The notes beneath the pieces were generated by a model. The model worked only from the letters and a program-made list of their open reading frames with translations. It did no database searches and had not been told where the DNA came from. DNA of 64,000 nt from Macrostomum lignano (lineage: Eukaryota), in assembly GCA_002269645.1 (NCBI GenBank), contig NIVC01000118.1:299413-363412 (forward strand), given 5' to 3'. Of the stretch, positions 52,801 through 64,000 are shown one piece after another (the stretch's first letter is position 1; each line of letters opens with the position of its first letter). A program made the position numbers and the translations under genes.

Positions 52801-53205
52801 GGCAATGTCCTAGTTTCCTGCGTTAAATTATTTTGACCCAATTTTTGTCATTTTCAGCACAAATCATGGTAAGATGACCTTGAGCACTACAAATATCATA
52901 CCTCCTGCTAATTTGCAGCCATCAACTGACCTCTGTGACCTTGAGATCAGTCACTGCAATCTGGTACTGTTGACAGTTGATGCTGAGTCGACTATGCATT
53001 GGCTGGCAACCTATCATCTAATAGCAAACTCATGGAACTGCAGCCATCGTCAGGAAGCTTTCTGTACTGGCTGACACATAACTACACCGTGTAATACTCC
53101 TTTTAAGACCTAAGACTCATTTTAAACTTTTAATAAACTTGCTTTTGTTTGTTCATTTTAAATTTTGGGTCAAAATAATTTAATGCGGGAAACTAGGACA
53201 TTGCC
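52801..53205 (+). mobile_element. Merlin-like non-autonomous DNA transposon, copy 1
   Basis: ~41-bp TIR beginning GGCAATGTCCTAG (fits Merlin GGNRM ends). 8-bp TSD GTTTTTAT. Internal ORF 52874-53074 resembles a transposase N-terminal remnant. Confidence 0.8.
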
Positions 53206-56180
53206 GTTTTTATTTGATGATGCAAGTATTATAATTTTATATAGTTTGTTTTAACCTTTCAAAACTTTCTATTTGTTTTTAAAAGGTACATAAACTTATA
53301 ATGATGTCTTTTGCTTAGAAAATGTCTATTTTTTACAAAAATAAATTAATGCCAATTGATAACTAACACACTACTAGGCCTAATCCAACATTTTAACATT
53401 TATTTATTCTTAGATTGTATAAATTATATACAAAAAAATTTGGTAAAAAAAATTGGCTGATAAGGCAATGACAAGCAAAAATATTGACTTTTTCTATTTT
53501 CCAAATATGTCCATCTTATATGGAATGGGCCATTAGACAATTGCATTGCAATTATACAGTAGTACATTTTCCAAATTTGGTAAACATTTTCCATGTTTTT
53601 TCCTGGTAGGCATTTTATGAGGACCATCTATGTTTATGTACCTGAATATTCTAGGACAAATTAAAAACGATCTGCATAAAACCAAAATATTAATAATATG
53701 ATAGGTAGGGCCTAGTTAGTTTGATATCTTTTCTAAATATATATTAATCTTTTGACAGACTTTTTGAAATATACAAAACATAAATCTTAACAAAAGAACT
53801 AGAAGTTTTTTCAACTAGTTCAAAGAACTAGTTGAAGGATGAGATAACGAAAAATATCACAGGGCCGCCGCGCCGCCTGCCTGCCTGCCTGCCAATCGCA
53901 TAGATCAACTTTCTTCGGCGACGCAATTCGAAAAGTTAAGTTAGACCGATTTAGGAAAATAAAAAGTAAAACAACTATCTATATTTAATTGTCATGTTTT
54001 TAGAGGATACCACGTTAGTATTTTTTCGAATTATTAAAACTGCTATCAGACTGCTATCATTATCAAATGCCTAGCTATTTTTCAATACATTTAACTAGAG
54101 ACTGGCAATCAATAAAAACAAAGTTCCGGCACATTATATTGTAAAAAATTATGACTATGTTAAAATAATTCCAATACCTCATTGAATTAAATTTTCAAAA
54201 TAATTTTCGATAATTTCAATTCAATTTTCACCAATTGTCAATACGTGCGCAAGATCTGCACGACACTTACAATCAATCCCTGCAATCATCACAATTTCAG
54301 TCGCTTGGGGCGTTATGCACTTGTTTTTTGTGCTTCTACCCATTGTCTGGGGCGGCCTCCCCGGTTGACCAGTTCTGGCTGGTTTGGGGTGGCATGCTCC
54401 GGCCCTTTGTTTGAACCTCGCCCTCCCCCCTGATCCCCCTCGCGGCCTGATTGGTCGTTCTTCGGCTGTGTTAGCTGCTGCGCTGGGCAGCTCCGATTGG
54501 CTGGGCGAGGCTTTCCTCTCTGTTACTACTCACCCCTTTTCAGCTCTGCCTCTAAGCCGGTTTTGTGGTACATGTAATGCGTCTCACTTTACATGTACCC
54601 TAGAGAAGGCTCATCTTTTTCCTTTCTGCGCGGTTGTATTCCAAACTAAATTTAGACGAAGCGCGGAGAAAGCTAGACAGAGATTAGAGAATATATTCAG
54701 ATATAGACCTTGCAAAGCTAGAGATTAGAGATCCAGCAGCCAAATATAAAAGCATGCAAGCTCGACCCGATCGTTTCGACTGATTGACCACTGGTAAGCG
54801 CTGTTTGTTGTATGCACACTGTGACCAGGCCGAGTAGCAGTGCGCCCCAACACCAGGCAAGGCAACGACAGTCCAGTGCATCCCAACGCCTGGCCCATGC
54901 AGTTTTACTACTCAGTGCGTCCCAACGCCGGAAAGTATCAGTATCATACAGTTATAGGACCATTAGAGCATAATTGGACTGTGTAGGGCGGCGACCCAAC
55001 CGAAAACAGTCCACACACACCGTGTTTCGGGAAATCTTGTTGTCGAAATCCGACGACCGGAATTTTATGGGATTAAAGGGCCTGTCAACTTAAGCTCATT
55101 AAGTGGAGCCCGAGTAACCTATGTACACAAATGATACGTCATTCTGCTCACAGTGACAACAGGAATTAAGCTGGATTTGGCAAAAAAGTGACAAAAATTG
55201 GACCTGGGATAGAAGAGAACAAGCTAAAGGGGATAATTAGGGACTCCGAATTAATTACGAGCTGAAGTTTAAATAATCGTCCAATAAATAATTTGGTTCA
55301 ATAAATTATTTTTTAATATGATGACTCAATAGCCGATTCCTCAGATAGGATCGAAAATGAAAATGGGATTTTGTGTAAACTTAAGGATAGTAAGAATTTA
55401 GTATATTTAGATTGTAATAAAAATAGAAAAGATCAACATTTATTGCTTTTCCGACGCTTTTCGACAAACTTTAGTTATCAACAGGGCGAACTGTTTATTT
55501 GGATTATTGTTCAATAAATAATAAATTATTTGGTTGATCAGGTTCAAACAAGCAAAGTTGAACATTGAAGCAAACATTTCACGTACTGTACAATCCAATG
55601 TGCATGTCAAGGGTATAGAGAAAAAAGAAGTCCGGTTGTAAAGTCAGTACATGCATGTACATTATTGTAGTTGTAGTTGAGAGTGCTCCCACTTTCAACT
55701 GCACCCTCAGCAGGCCCGCACCACTGCTGTGTTGCAATTAATTAATTGAGTACATGTATTGAGATTACAGGTTTTTTAACATGCATCGATTCCAGTATTT
55801 TTAGTCAATTTGTTCGCTCTCACAACACTGTTTGCAAGCCAGCAGATGGTCCTGAATAACATGCAGATATCGAGCCCGTTCTATAAAGCCATCGAAAGAT
55901 AAGATCGTTCTTAGCTCCTATCTCCGCAGTGTAAAAGTTTCGACGTACGATCGAACTTACGCTACGACAGCTTTATACTACGACCCCATCGTTTTTAGGC
56001 AATGCTCCAATTCACCCTAATATGCAGGAAATGTTCTGTGTTCAACAGAACAAAGTAAATTTGTAAACGACACCTGCAGATAGGGCGCGTGTAACACTGG
56101 ATTTGAGTCTGCAATGTGTATTGGCCAACTTTAATTGGTATAGTGCGAAAGACAACTTTAATCTTAATGTTGTACCATTT

Positions 56181-56542
56181 TTTTATTAGAGGCAGGGGGT
56201 TGTGTGCACCCTGGCGCACTTTAAGCGACATAGGCACACAACCGGCGAGAGGCATTACTTCCCATTCCGCCGACTCCCCTGAGCAGGCATACAAGCGCGC
56301 GGATACGTACGCAGGCACACACTCACACAGGAGTGTACAGCGGCCCTAACTTTATATTATCATTAAGCATGTACACTTCACTGCACCTTGGGGGTTGGCT
56401 CTCAAGGCTGTTAATTGCACGAGCAGAGCCAAGCTAAGATTCCAATTCAGCCCCAAATTAATGTGACTGCACTTGGAATCGAGCCTGGGTCGCTGGCACA
56501 CCAGAGCAACGTGCATGCGCTACCGCTGGGCTACGGCCCCCC
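56181..56542 (-). mobile_element. tRNA-derived SINE copy S2 (chimeric junction copy)
   Basis: ~362 bp flanked by 16-bp direct repeat TAATGTTGTACCATTT (56165-56180, 56543-56558). Confidence 0.88.
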
Positions 56543-57600
56543 TAATGTTGTACCATTTGCGGAAGGCTTTTCCCTATTGCTTTCAAGAGGTTAGAACATG
56601 ATAGACCATAGAACGGCAAGACCAAGGACCACTAGAAGAAGAAGGACGGGACACTTTGTTTCTTGGGTCGCTGGCACACCAGAGCAGCTGCGCTACCGCT
56701 GGGCTATGGCCCCCTTACTATCTTATCTATCTATTTCATTGGAATCATTGTCATAGGGCCTAAGTTTTGGCAGTTGCTATTGTTACTATGACCATATAAA
56801 TAGCAAAATGGTTATTTTTATAGTCAATACATAAAAAAACAAATATTATCTAAATTTAGCAAGTAACATGGAATGCAAATAATAATAAATGCTTTTGAAT
56901 TTTAGAAGAATTATATAATAGGCCTATGCTTTTAATACTTTAATAAAGGCCCTTAATGGTAATTTAATTTTCTAATAGGCCTAGTTCTTGCCCTCAACAT
57001 TAACTAAACTTACTCAATGTAATTGTTAACTATTAATGTACACAAAATTTCTTCCTATGACTATAAAAATAGCTATTGGCATTCTGCTTCTTACATATAT
57101 AGACTACAGTCATTGACTATTAAGGCCATTCCATATAATTATGGTCGTAACATGACAGACTGTTTTACTTATAAAATGAAATCTAATAATAGAATATACT
57201 AAACCAATATTTTGAATGAAAGATTATTTTGTCAAGAATATATGTTCATAAAGTTTCATATAGATATCATCATTAGTATAGATGCTATTAAACCTTGAAT
57301 AGCACTTATGGTCGTAACAACAAGATTTTTGACATTAAGAAACTAAAAGGTAAAAGTCTTATAACATTTTTCATTTTTCATATTTTGCAATATTTTTAAA
57401 AAAAAAACTAAGAACATCTTTAAAAATCATACTCTTTTATTAGAATATATAAACTCAAAAAGGCAACAAAGATACAAAATAAAAGGCAGCCTTATGGTTG
57501 TAACATTATGGTCATAACATATTTTTTCTGTCAATTCAGTAACTTTGAAGTACTAATATATTAAAAATATAATAGATTATATAGTTGCTAATGTTTTTAT

Positions 57601-58005
57601 GGCAATGTCCTAGTTTCCTGCGTTAAATTATTTTGACCCAATTTTTGTCATTTTCAGCACAAATCATGGTAAGATGACCTTGAGCACTACAAATATCATA
57701 CCTCCTGCTAATTTGCAGCCATCAACTGACCTCTGTGACCTTGAGATCAGTCACTGCAATCTGGTACTGTTGACAGTTGATGCTGAGTCGACTATGCATT
57801 GGCTGGCAACCTATCATCTAATAGCAAACTCATGGAACTGCAGCCATCGTCAGGAAGCTTTCTGTACTGGCTGACACATAACTACACCGTGTAATACTCC
57901 TTTTAAGACCTAAGACTCATTTTAAACTTTTAATAAACTTGCTTTTGTTTGTTCATTTTAAATTTTGGGTCAAAATAATTTAATGCGGGAAACTAGGACA
58001 TTGCC
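57601..58005 (+). mobile_element. Merlin-like element, copy 2 (inside the tandem duplication)
   Basis: Identical to 52801-53205 at +4800 offset, with the same TSD. Confidence 0.8.
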
Positions 58006-60980
58006 GTTTTTATTTGATGATGCAAGTATTATAATTTTATATAGTTTGTTTTAACCTTTCAAAACTTTCTATTTGTTTTTAAAAGGTACATAAACTTATA
58101 ATGATGTCTTTTGCTTAGAAAATGTCTATTTTTTACAAAAATAAATTAATGCCAATTGATAACTAACACACTACTAGGCCTAATCCAACATTTTAACATT
58201 TATTTATTCTTAGATTGTATAAATTATATACAAAAAAATTTGGTAAAAAAAATTGGCTGATAAGGCAATGACAAGCAAAAATATTGACTTTTTCTATTTT
58301 CCAAATATGTCCATCTTATATGGAATGGGCCATTAGACAATTGCATTGCAATTATACAGTAGTACATTTTCCAAATTTGGTAAACATTTTCCATGTTTTT
58401 TCCTGGTAGGCATTTTATGAGGACCATCTATGTTTATGTACCTGAATATTCTAGGACAAATTAAAAACGATCTGCATAAAACCAAAATATTAATAATATG
58501 ATAGGTAGGGCCTAGTTAGTTTGATATCTTTTCTAAATATATATTAATCTTTTGACAGACTTTTTGAAATATACAAAACATAAATCTTAACAAAAGAACT
58601 AGAAGTTTTTTCAACTAGTTCAAAGAACTAGTTGAAGGATGAGATAACGAAAAATATCACAGGGCCGCCGCGCCGCCTGCCTGCCTGCCTGCCAATCGCA
58701 TAGATCAACTTTCTTCGGCGACGCAATTCGAAAAGTTAAGTTAGACCGATTTAGGAAAATAAAAAGTAAAACAACTATCTATATTTAATTGTCATGTTTT
58801 TAGAGGATACCACGTTAGTATTTTTTCGAATTATTAAAACTGCTATCAGACTGCTATCATTATCAAATGCCTAGCTATTTTTCAATACATTTAACTAGAG
58901 ACTGGCAATCAATAAAAACAAAGTTCCGGCACATTATATTGTAAAAAATTATGACTATGTTAAAATAATTCCAATACCTCATTGAATTAAATTTTCAAAA
59001 TAATTTTCGATAATTTCAATTCAATTTTCACCAATTGTCAATACGTGCGCAAGATCTGCACGACACTTACAATCAATCCCTGCAATCATCACAATTTCAG
59101 TCGCTTGGGGCGTTATGCACTTGTTTTTTGTGCTTCTACCCATTGTCTGGGGCGGCCTCCCCGGTTGACCAGTTCTGGCTGGTTTGGGGTGGCATGCTCC
59201 GGCCCTTTGTTTGAACCTCGCCCTCCCCCCTGATCCCCCTCGCGGCCTGATTGGTCGTTCTTCGGCTGTGTTAGCTGCTGCGCTGGGCAGCTCCGATTGG
59301 CTGGGCGAGGCTTTCCTCTCTGTTACTACTCACCCCTTTTCAGCTCTGCCTCTAAGCCGGTTTTGTGGTACATGTAATGCGTCTCACTTTACATGTACCC
59401 TAGAGAAGGCTCATCTTTTTCCTTTCTGCGCGGTTGTATTCCAAACTAAATTTAGACGAAGCGCGGAGAAAGCTAGACAGAGATTAGAGAATATATTCAG
59501 ATATAGACCTTGCAAAGCTAGAGATTAGAGATCCAGCAGCCAAATATAAAAGCATGCAAGCTCGACCCGATCGTTTCGACTGATTGACCACTGGTAAGCG
59601 CTGTTTGTTGTATGCACACTGTGACCAGGCCGAGTAGCAGTGCGCCCCAACACCAGGCAAGGCAACGACAGTCCAGTGCATCCCAACGCCTGGCCCATGC
59701 AGTTTTACTACTCAGTGCGTCCCAACGCCGGAAAGTATCAGTATCATACAGTTATAGGACCATTAGAGCATAATTGGACTGTGTAGGGCGGCGACCCAAC
59801 CGAAAACAGTCCACACACACCGTGTTTCGGGAAATCTTGTTGTCGAAATCCGACGACCGGAATTTTATGGGATTAAAGGGCCTGTCAACTTAAGCTCATT
59901 AAGTGGAGCCCGAGTAACCTATGTACACAAATGATACGTCATTCTGCTCACAGTGACAACAGGAATTAAGCTGGATTTGGCAAAAAAGTGACAAAAATTG
60001 GACCTGGGATAGAAGAGAACAAGCTAAAGGGGATAATTAGGGACTCCGAATTAATTACGAGCTGAAGTTTAAATAATCGTCCAATAAATAATTTGGTTCA
60101 ATAAATTATTTTTTAATATGATGACTCAATAGCCGATTCCTCAGATAGGATCGAAAATTAAAATGGGATTTTGTGTAAACTTAAGGATAGTAAGAATTTA
60201 GTATATTTAGATTGTAATAAAAATAGAAAAGATCAACATTTATTGCTTTTCCGACGCTTTTCGACAAACTTTAGTTATCAACAGGGCGAACTGTTTATTT
60301 GGATTATTGTTCAATAAATAATAAATTATTTGGTTGATCAGGTTCAAACAAGCAAAGTTGAACATTGAAGCAAACATTTCACGTACTGTACAATCCAATG
60401 TGCATGTCAAGGGTATAGAGAAAAAAGAAGTCCGGTTGTAAAGTCAGTACATGCATGTACATTATTGTAGTTGTAGTTGAGAGTGCTCCCACTTTCAACT
60501 GCACCCTCAGCAGGCCCGCACCACTGCTGTGTTGCAATTAATTAATTGAGTACATGTATTGAGATTACAGGTTTTTTAACATGCATCGATTCCAGTATTT
60601 TTAGTCAATTTGTTCGCTCTCACAACACTGTTTGCAAGCCAGCAGATGGTCCTGAATAACATGCAGATATCGAGCCCGTTCTATAAAGCCATCGAAAGAT
60701 AAGATCGTTCTTAGCTCCTATCTCCGCAGTGTAAAAGTTTCGACGTACGATCGAACTTACGCTACGACAGCTTTATACTACGACCCCATCGTTTTTAGGC
60801 AATGCTCCAATTCACCCTAATATGCAGGAAATGTTCTGTGTTCAACAGAACAAAGTAAATTTGTAAACGACACCTGCAGATAGGGCGCGTGTAACACTGG
60901 ATTTGAGTCTGCAATGTGTATTGGCCAACTTTAATTGGTATAGTGCGAAAGACAACTTTAATCTTAATGTTGTACCATTT

Positions 60981-61345
60981 TTTTATTAGAGGCAGGGGGT
61001 TGTGTGCACCCTGGCGCACTTTAAGCGACATAGGCACACAACCGGCGAGAGGCATTACTTCCCATTCCGCCGACTCCCCTGAGCAGGCATACAAGCGCGC
61101 GGATACGTATGCAGGCACACACTCACACATGGGGAGTGTACAGCGGCCCTAACTTTATATTATCGTTAGGCATGTACACTTCACTGCGCCTTGGGGGTTG
61201 GCTCTCAAGGCCGTTGATTGCACGAGCAGAGCCAAGCCGAGATTCCAATTCAGCCCCAAATTAATGTGACTGCACTTGGAATCGAGCCTGGGTCGCTGGC
61301 ACACCAGAGCAGCGTGCATGCGCTACCGCTGGGCTACGGCCCCCC
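60981..61345 (-). mobile_element. tRNA-derived SINE copy S3
   Basis: Flanked by 16-bp TSD TAATGTTGTACCATTT (60965-60980, 61346-61361); A and B boxes present. Confidence 0.9.
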
Positions 61346-61424
61346 TAATGTTGTACCATTTGCGGAAGGCTTTTCCCTATTGCTTTCAAGAGGTTAGAAC
61401 ATGATAGACCATAGAACGGCAAGA

Positions 61425-62104
61425 CCAAGGACCACTAGAAGAAGAAGGACGGGACACTTTGTTTCTTGGAAAATTTATTAAAGGCTGATTTTCACGGAAA
61501 CTGCACTGGCGAGATAGGAAATTTTCACTTTTTTTCACTTTAAAATGGTGATAGCTTTTTATTGGAAGCAGATACAAAGCTCTTCCTTTGATATAACTTA
61601 CAAAACATGTTGCTTCAACGGATTTTATAAAGATTTTTTCATGAATAATTGATCTTCATATTATTTTAGTTACTATAATCATGCAGCAATTATAGTCTAA
61701 AGCTAACTAGTGACTAACTTTAATTTTACAATATCTGTTTAATCGAATGCATATTTTAGCAGTATATCATAAAAAACAGTTGGCTATAATTATATGCCCA
61801 ATTCACTGCTTATTCATTTTAGTTTTATACTTTTTATATAAAATAAGTAGCTATAGTAACTAAAATAATATGAAGATCAATTATTCATGAAAAAATCTTT
61901 ATAAAATCCGTTGAAGCAACATGTTTTGTAAGTTATATCAAAGGAAGAGCTTTGTATCTGCTTCCAATAAAAAGCTATCACCATTTTAAAGTGAAAAAAA
62001 GTGAAAATTTCCTATCTCGCCAGTGCATTTTCCGTGAAAATCAGCCTTTAATAAATTTTCCAAGAAACGAAGTGTCCCGTCCTTCTTCTTCTAGTGGTCC
62101 TTGG
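61425..62104. mobile_element. 680-bp foldback element with 253-bp terminal inverted repeats
   Basis: Arms 61425-61677 and 61852-62104 are reverse complements with 2 visible mismatches; 174-bp spacer. GCAAGA directly flanks both ends. Confidence 0.9.
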
Positions 62105-63027
62105 GCAAGACCATAACGGGATCATTGGGATGATAGCCAATATTGACAACTTAGTTGGTGACAAAACTGTTCATTTCTTTGCTGATAATACTGATCCTCG
62201 GGAATTAATTCATCTGCAGGATTTTAGAGGGTCTCCACCTCCTTTATTGAAAATGCAATAATCCAAATATAAACAGCTTGCCCTGATATGATGACTAAAG
62301 TTAGTTGAAACGCGCGTCGGAAAATCAGCTCGTAAATGTTGATCATTGCTTCTATTTTTATAACTTCTTAAGAGTTCTCTTCCTCGGTATTAAGAGAGGC
62401 TCCTAAATGCTAGCGGTGGCCGATTGAGCTGGTGTCGGCCCGGATCCGGACGATCCCAAATTACTACTCGACCAACAATGAGAGAAGAACACAATCGAAA
62501 ACCGCATGGCTCTGTATTAAATATTGTGATATGCATTTACGAGTACATATTTCAGTATATACTTTGTTAGTCAGTGTATGTGCAAGGACCACTGTATGTA
62601 ACAGTTATTATACACTGTTTTATACAGTGGTCCTTGTGTACATGGTGTACATGTCCATCTAAAATGCACGTATACACGATTTACGTCTTGGAAAAGAATA
62701 ATAAAAAAGGATCCTACAGCTAAAGTTGGTTTTGCTATAAATTTCGTATTTTTAATTACGGTGACGTCTCATAGTGTACTTTCGGTCTTAAGAATATATT
62801 AAAATATTAATTCCAAATTAATTCCTAACTATATTAAAATATATTAAATTAAGAATATATAACAATAATAAAATACTTTAAAATAAATCATAATTTAATC
62901 ATAATTGTAGCTAAACTTGTAAATATAAACGTCAATTAATAAAACTAATGAAGTATCTGCCTAATAAAACATTAAGATGTACTTTGTAAGAATTTTTAAG
63001 CCAGTGCAGATTGCTACAGCTCGTACG

Positions 63028-63427
63028 TCATTTTCTCGGCTGGTCGCTGCCGAACACCTCGACTTCGCAAAGAGTCAGCGGCACCGCTTTGTGGCTGTCA
63101 ATGTGAACAACTTGGCCGTATGCGTGGCACTCGAACGTTCGCGCGGAAAAGTAGCCGTCGGAACGATAAGAAGCGCATTCGTGGCCGCCAACGCTGATTG
63201 AGAAATCGTTGAGTCTGTCAGAGCAGCAATCCAGGCGGTTTTAGATTCGAACCTGCGTTACAAAGGCGGCTTGGCGCATTTGGCCCTGCCACCAGTTGTT
63301 GTGCGCACTCTCCGTGTGTGTGCACGAGCCAGCGTGGTAGTCCTGTTTCCGGATGCCATCAAATGCGCGTTTGCAGTCGCCACCAGAGTAGTTGAGCTCT
63401 GACTACAACTATTGAACCTGAGCTGCT
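63028..63427 (-). pseudogene. F-type lectin (fucolectin/FTP domain) exon, disabled by a frameshift and a premature stop
   Basis: Hand translation: QLRFNSCSQSST/[Y]SGGDCKRAFDGIRKQDYHAGSCTHTESAHNNWWQGQMRQAAFVTQVRI*NRLDCCSDRLNDFSISVGGHECASY...LTLCEVEVFGSDQPRK*. Exact HX26RXDX4R fucose-binding motif. 1-nt deletion near 63390; in-frame TAA at 63243-63241. Branch-like CTAAC and TTGCAG acceptor upstream. Confidence 0.88.
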
Positions 63428-64000
63428 CTGCAATTTTATTGAGTTAGGGTCCGTTGCCTTTGTTGACAACTGTGGGATAAGTCTTGAGATCAGAGAACCC
63501 CTTTGCGACAGTATTTCTTAATATATGCATATATTGTGAGCTGCGCCTCGCAATGCCTTGCCCGACCCTGCGCTCTCCGCCCCTCCTCTCCCTGCACGGG
63601 TTTATTCTGGTTTGCCCCCTCCGTCTAAAGCTGCCATTCATTTTATTTTCCTCATTTTCATTTGCCCACATTTTCATTGGCTGGCGTCTTTTAATCTCTC
63701 GCTCGCTTGGGCTAGTCCAATCAGGTCTCGCCGCGAGGCACCTGATTGGCTAGCGTTCCCCCTTCTTTCTCTCTCGCCCTTTAACTCTGTGAATTTTCCC
63801 CCACCCCCCAGCCGTGCGTGCTTAGCCCCACCCAGCCCCTGCCGCTCTCTCTACCACTTGTGCATGCTTGCGAAACTACAACATTGGTTGAGCAGAATAA
63901 AAATTAGAGACCACCCTGTATGAGCGCGACAAGTGACCCCCGCCCAGTAAGACAGACAGCTAGTGTTTGTTTTCATTCATTTGTCCTATCTTCATTTCAT

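Larger units (their letters stand above)
51475..61075. repeat. 4.8-kb direct tandem duplication (two near-identical units, period 4799-4800)
   Basis: ORF track entries repeat at +4800 (52874/57674, 54245/59045). Visible differences in the unique body are a homopolymer length (~52600/57400) and one substitution (~55359/60159). Confidence 0.95.

Noticed and set aside
55868-55986. Tiny Harbinger-like MITE (TATAAAGC...GCTTTATA)
   Set aside because: The inverted repeat is imperfect and I found no convincing TSD; too weak to call.

Overview
Eukaryotic, intron-containing animal genomic DNA. GC-rich coding exons, minisatellite-filled introns and innexins suggest a flatworm such as Macrostomum; this is inference, not verified. 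Three intact multi-exon genes were rebuilt by hand from splice sites and reading phase. On + there is a tandem pair of innexins: inxA (11491-22522, 3 exons, 397 aa) and inxB (28476-37942, 4 exons, 446 aa). Convergent on - is an RRBP1/kinectin-like ER membrane coiled-coil gene (48861-40519, 8 exons, ~1063 aa), with a probable GC-AG intron and an exonic 16 x 42-bp repeat. An F-type lectin (fucolectin) pseudogene exon missing from the ORF track lies at 63427-63028 (-). From 1 to 48.2 kb almost every intron and spacer holds its own minisatellite, and these explain most long ORFs in the track. From 48.9 to 64 kb the DNA is AT-rich and transposon-dense: tRNA-derived SINEs, TIR elements with clear target-site duplications (TSDs), a 680-bp foldback, and a 4.8-kb tandem duplication whose junction SINE is a chimera of the two flanking SINEs. 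The best leads are complementary satellites flanking inxB exons 2-3, extracellular N-glycosylation sequons in inxA only, the SINE-mediated duplication, and an E2F-motif-rich MITE. I found no clearly novel biological system.
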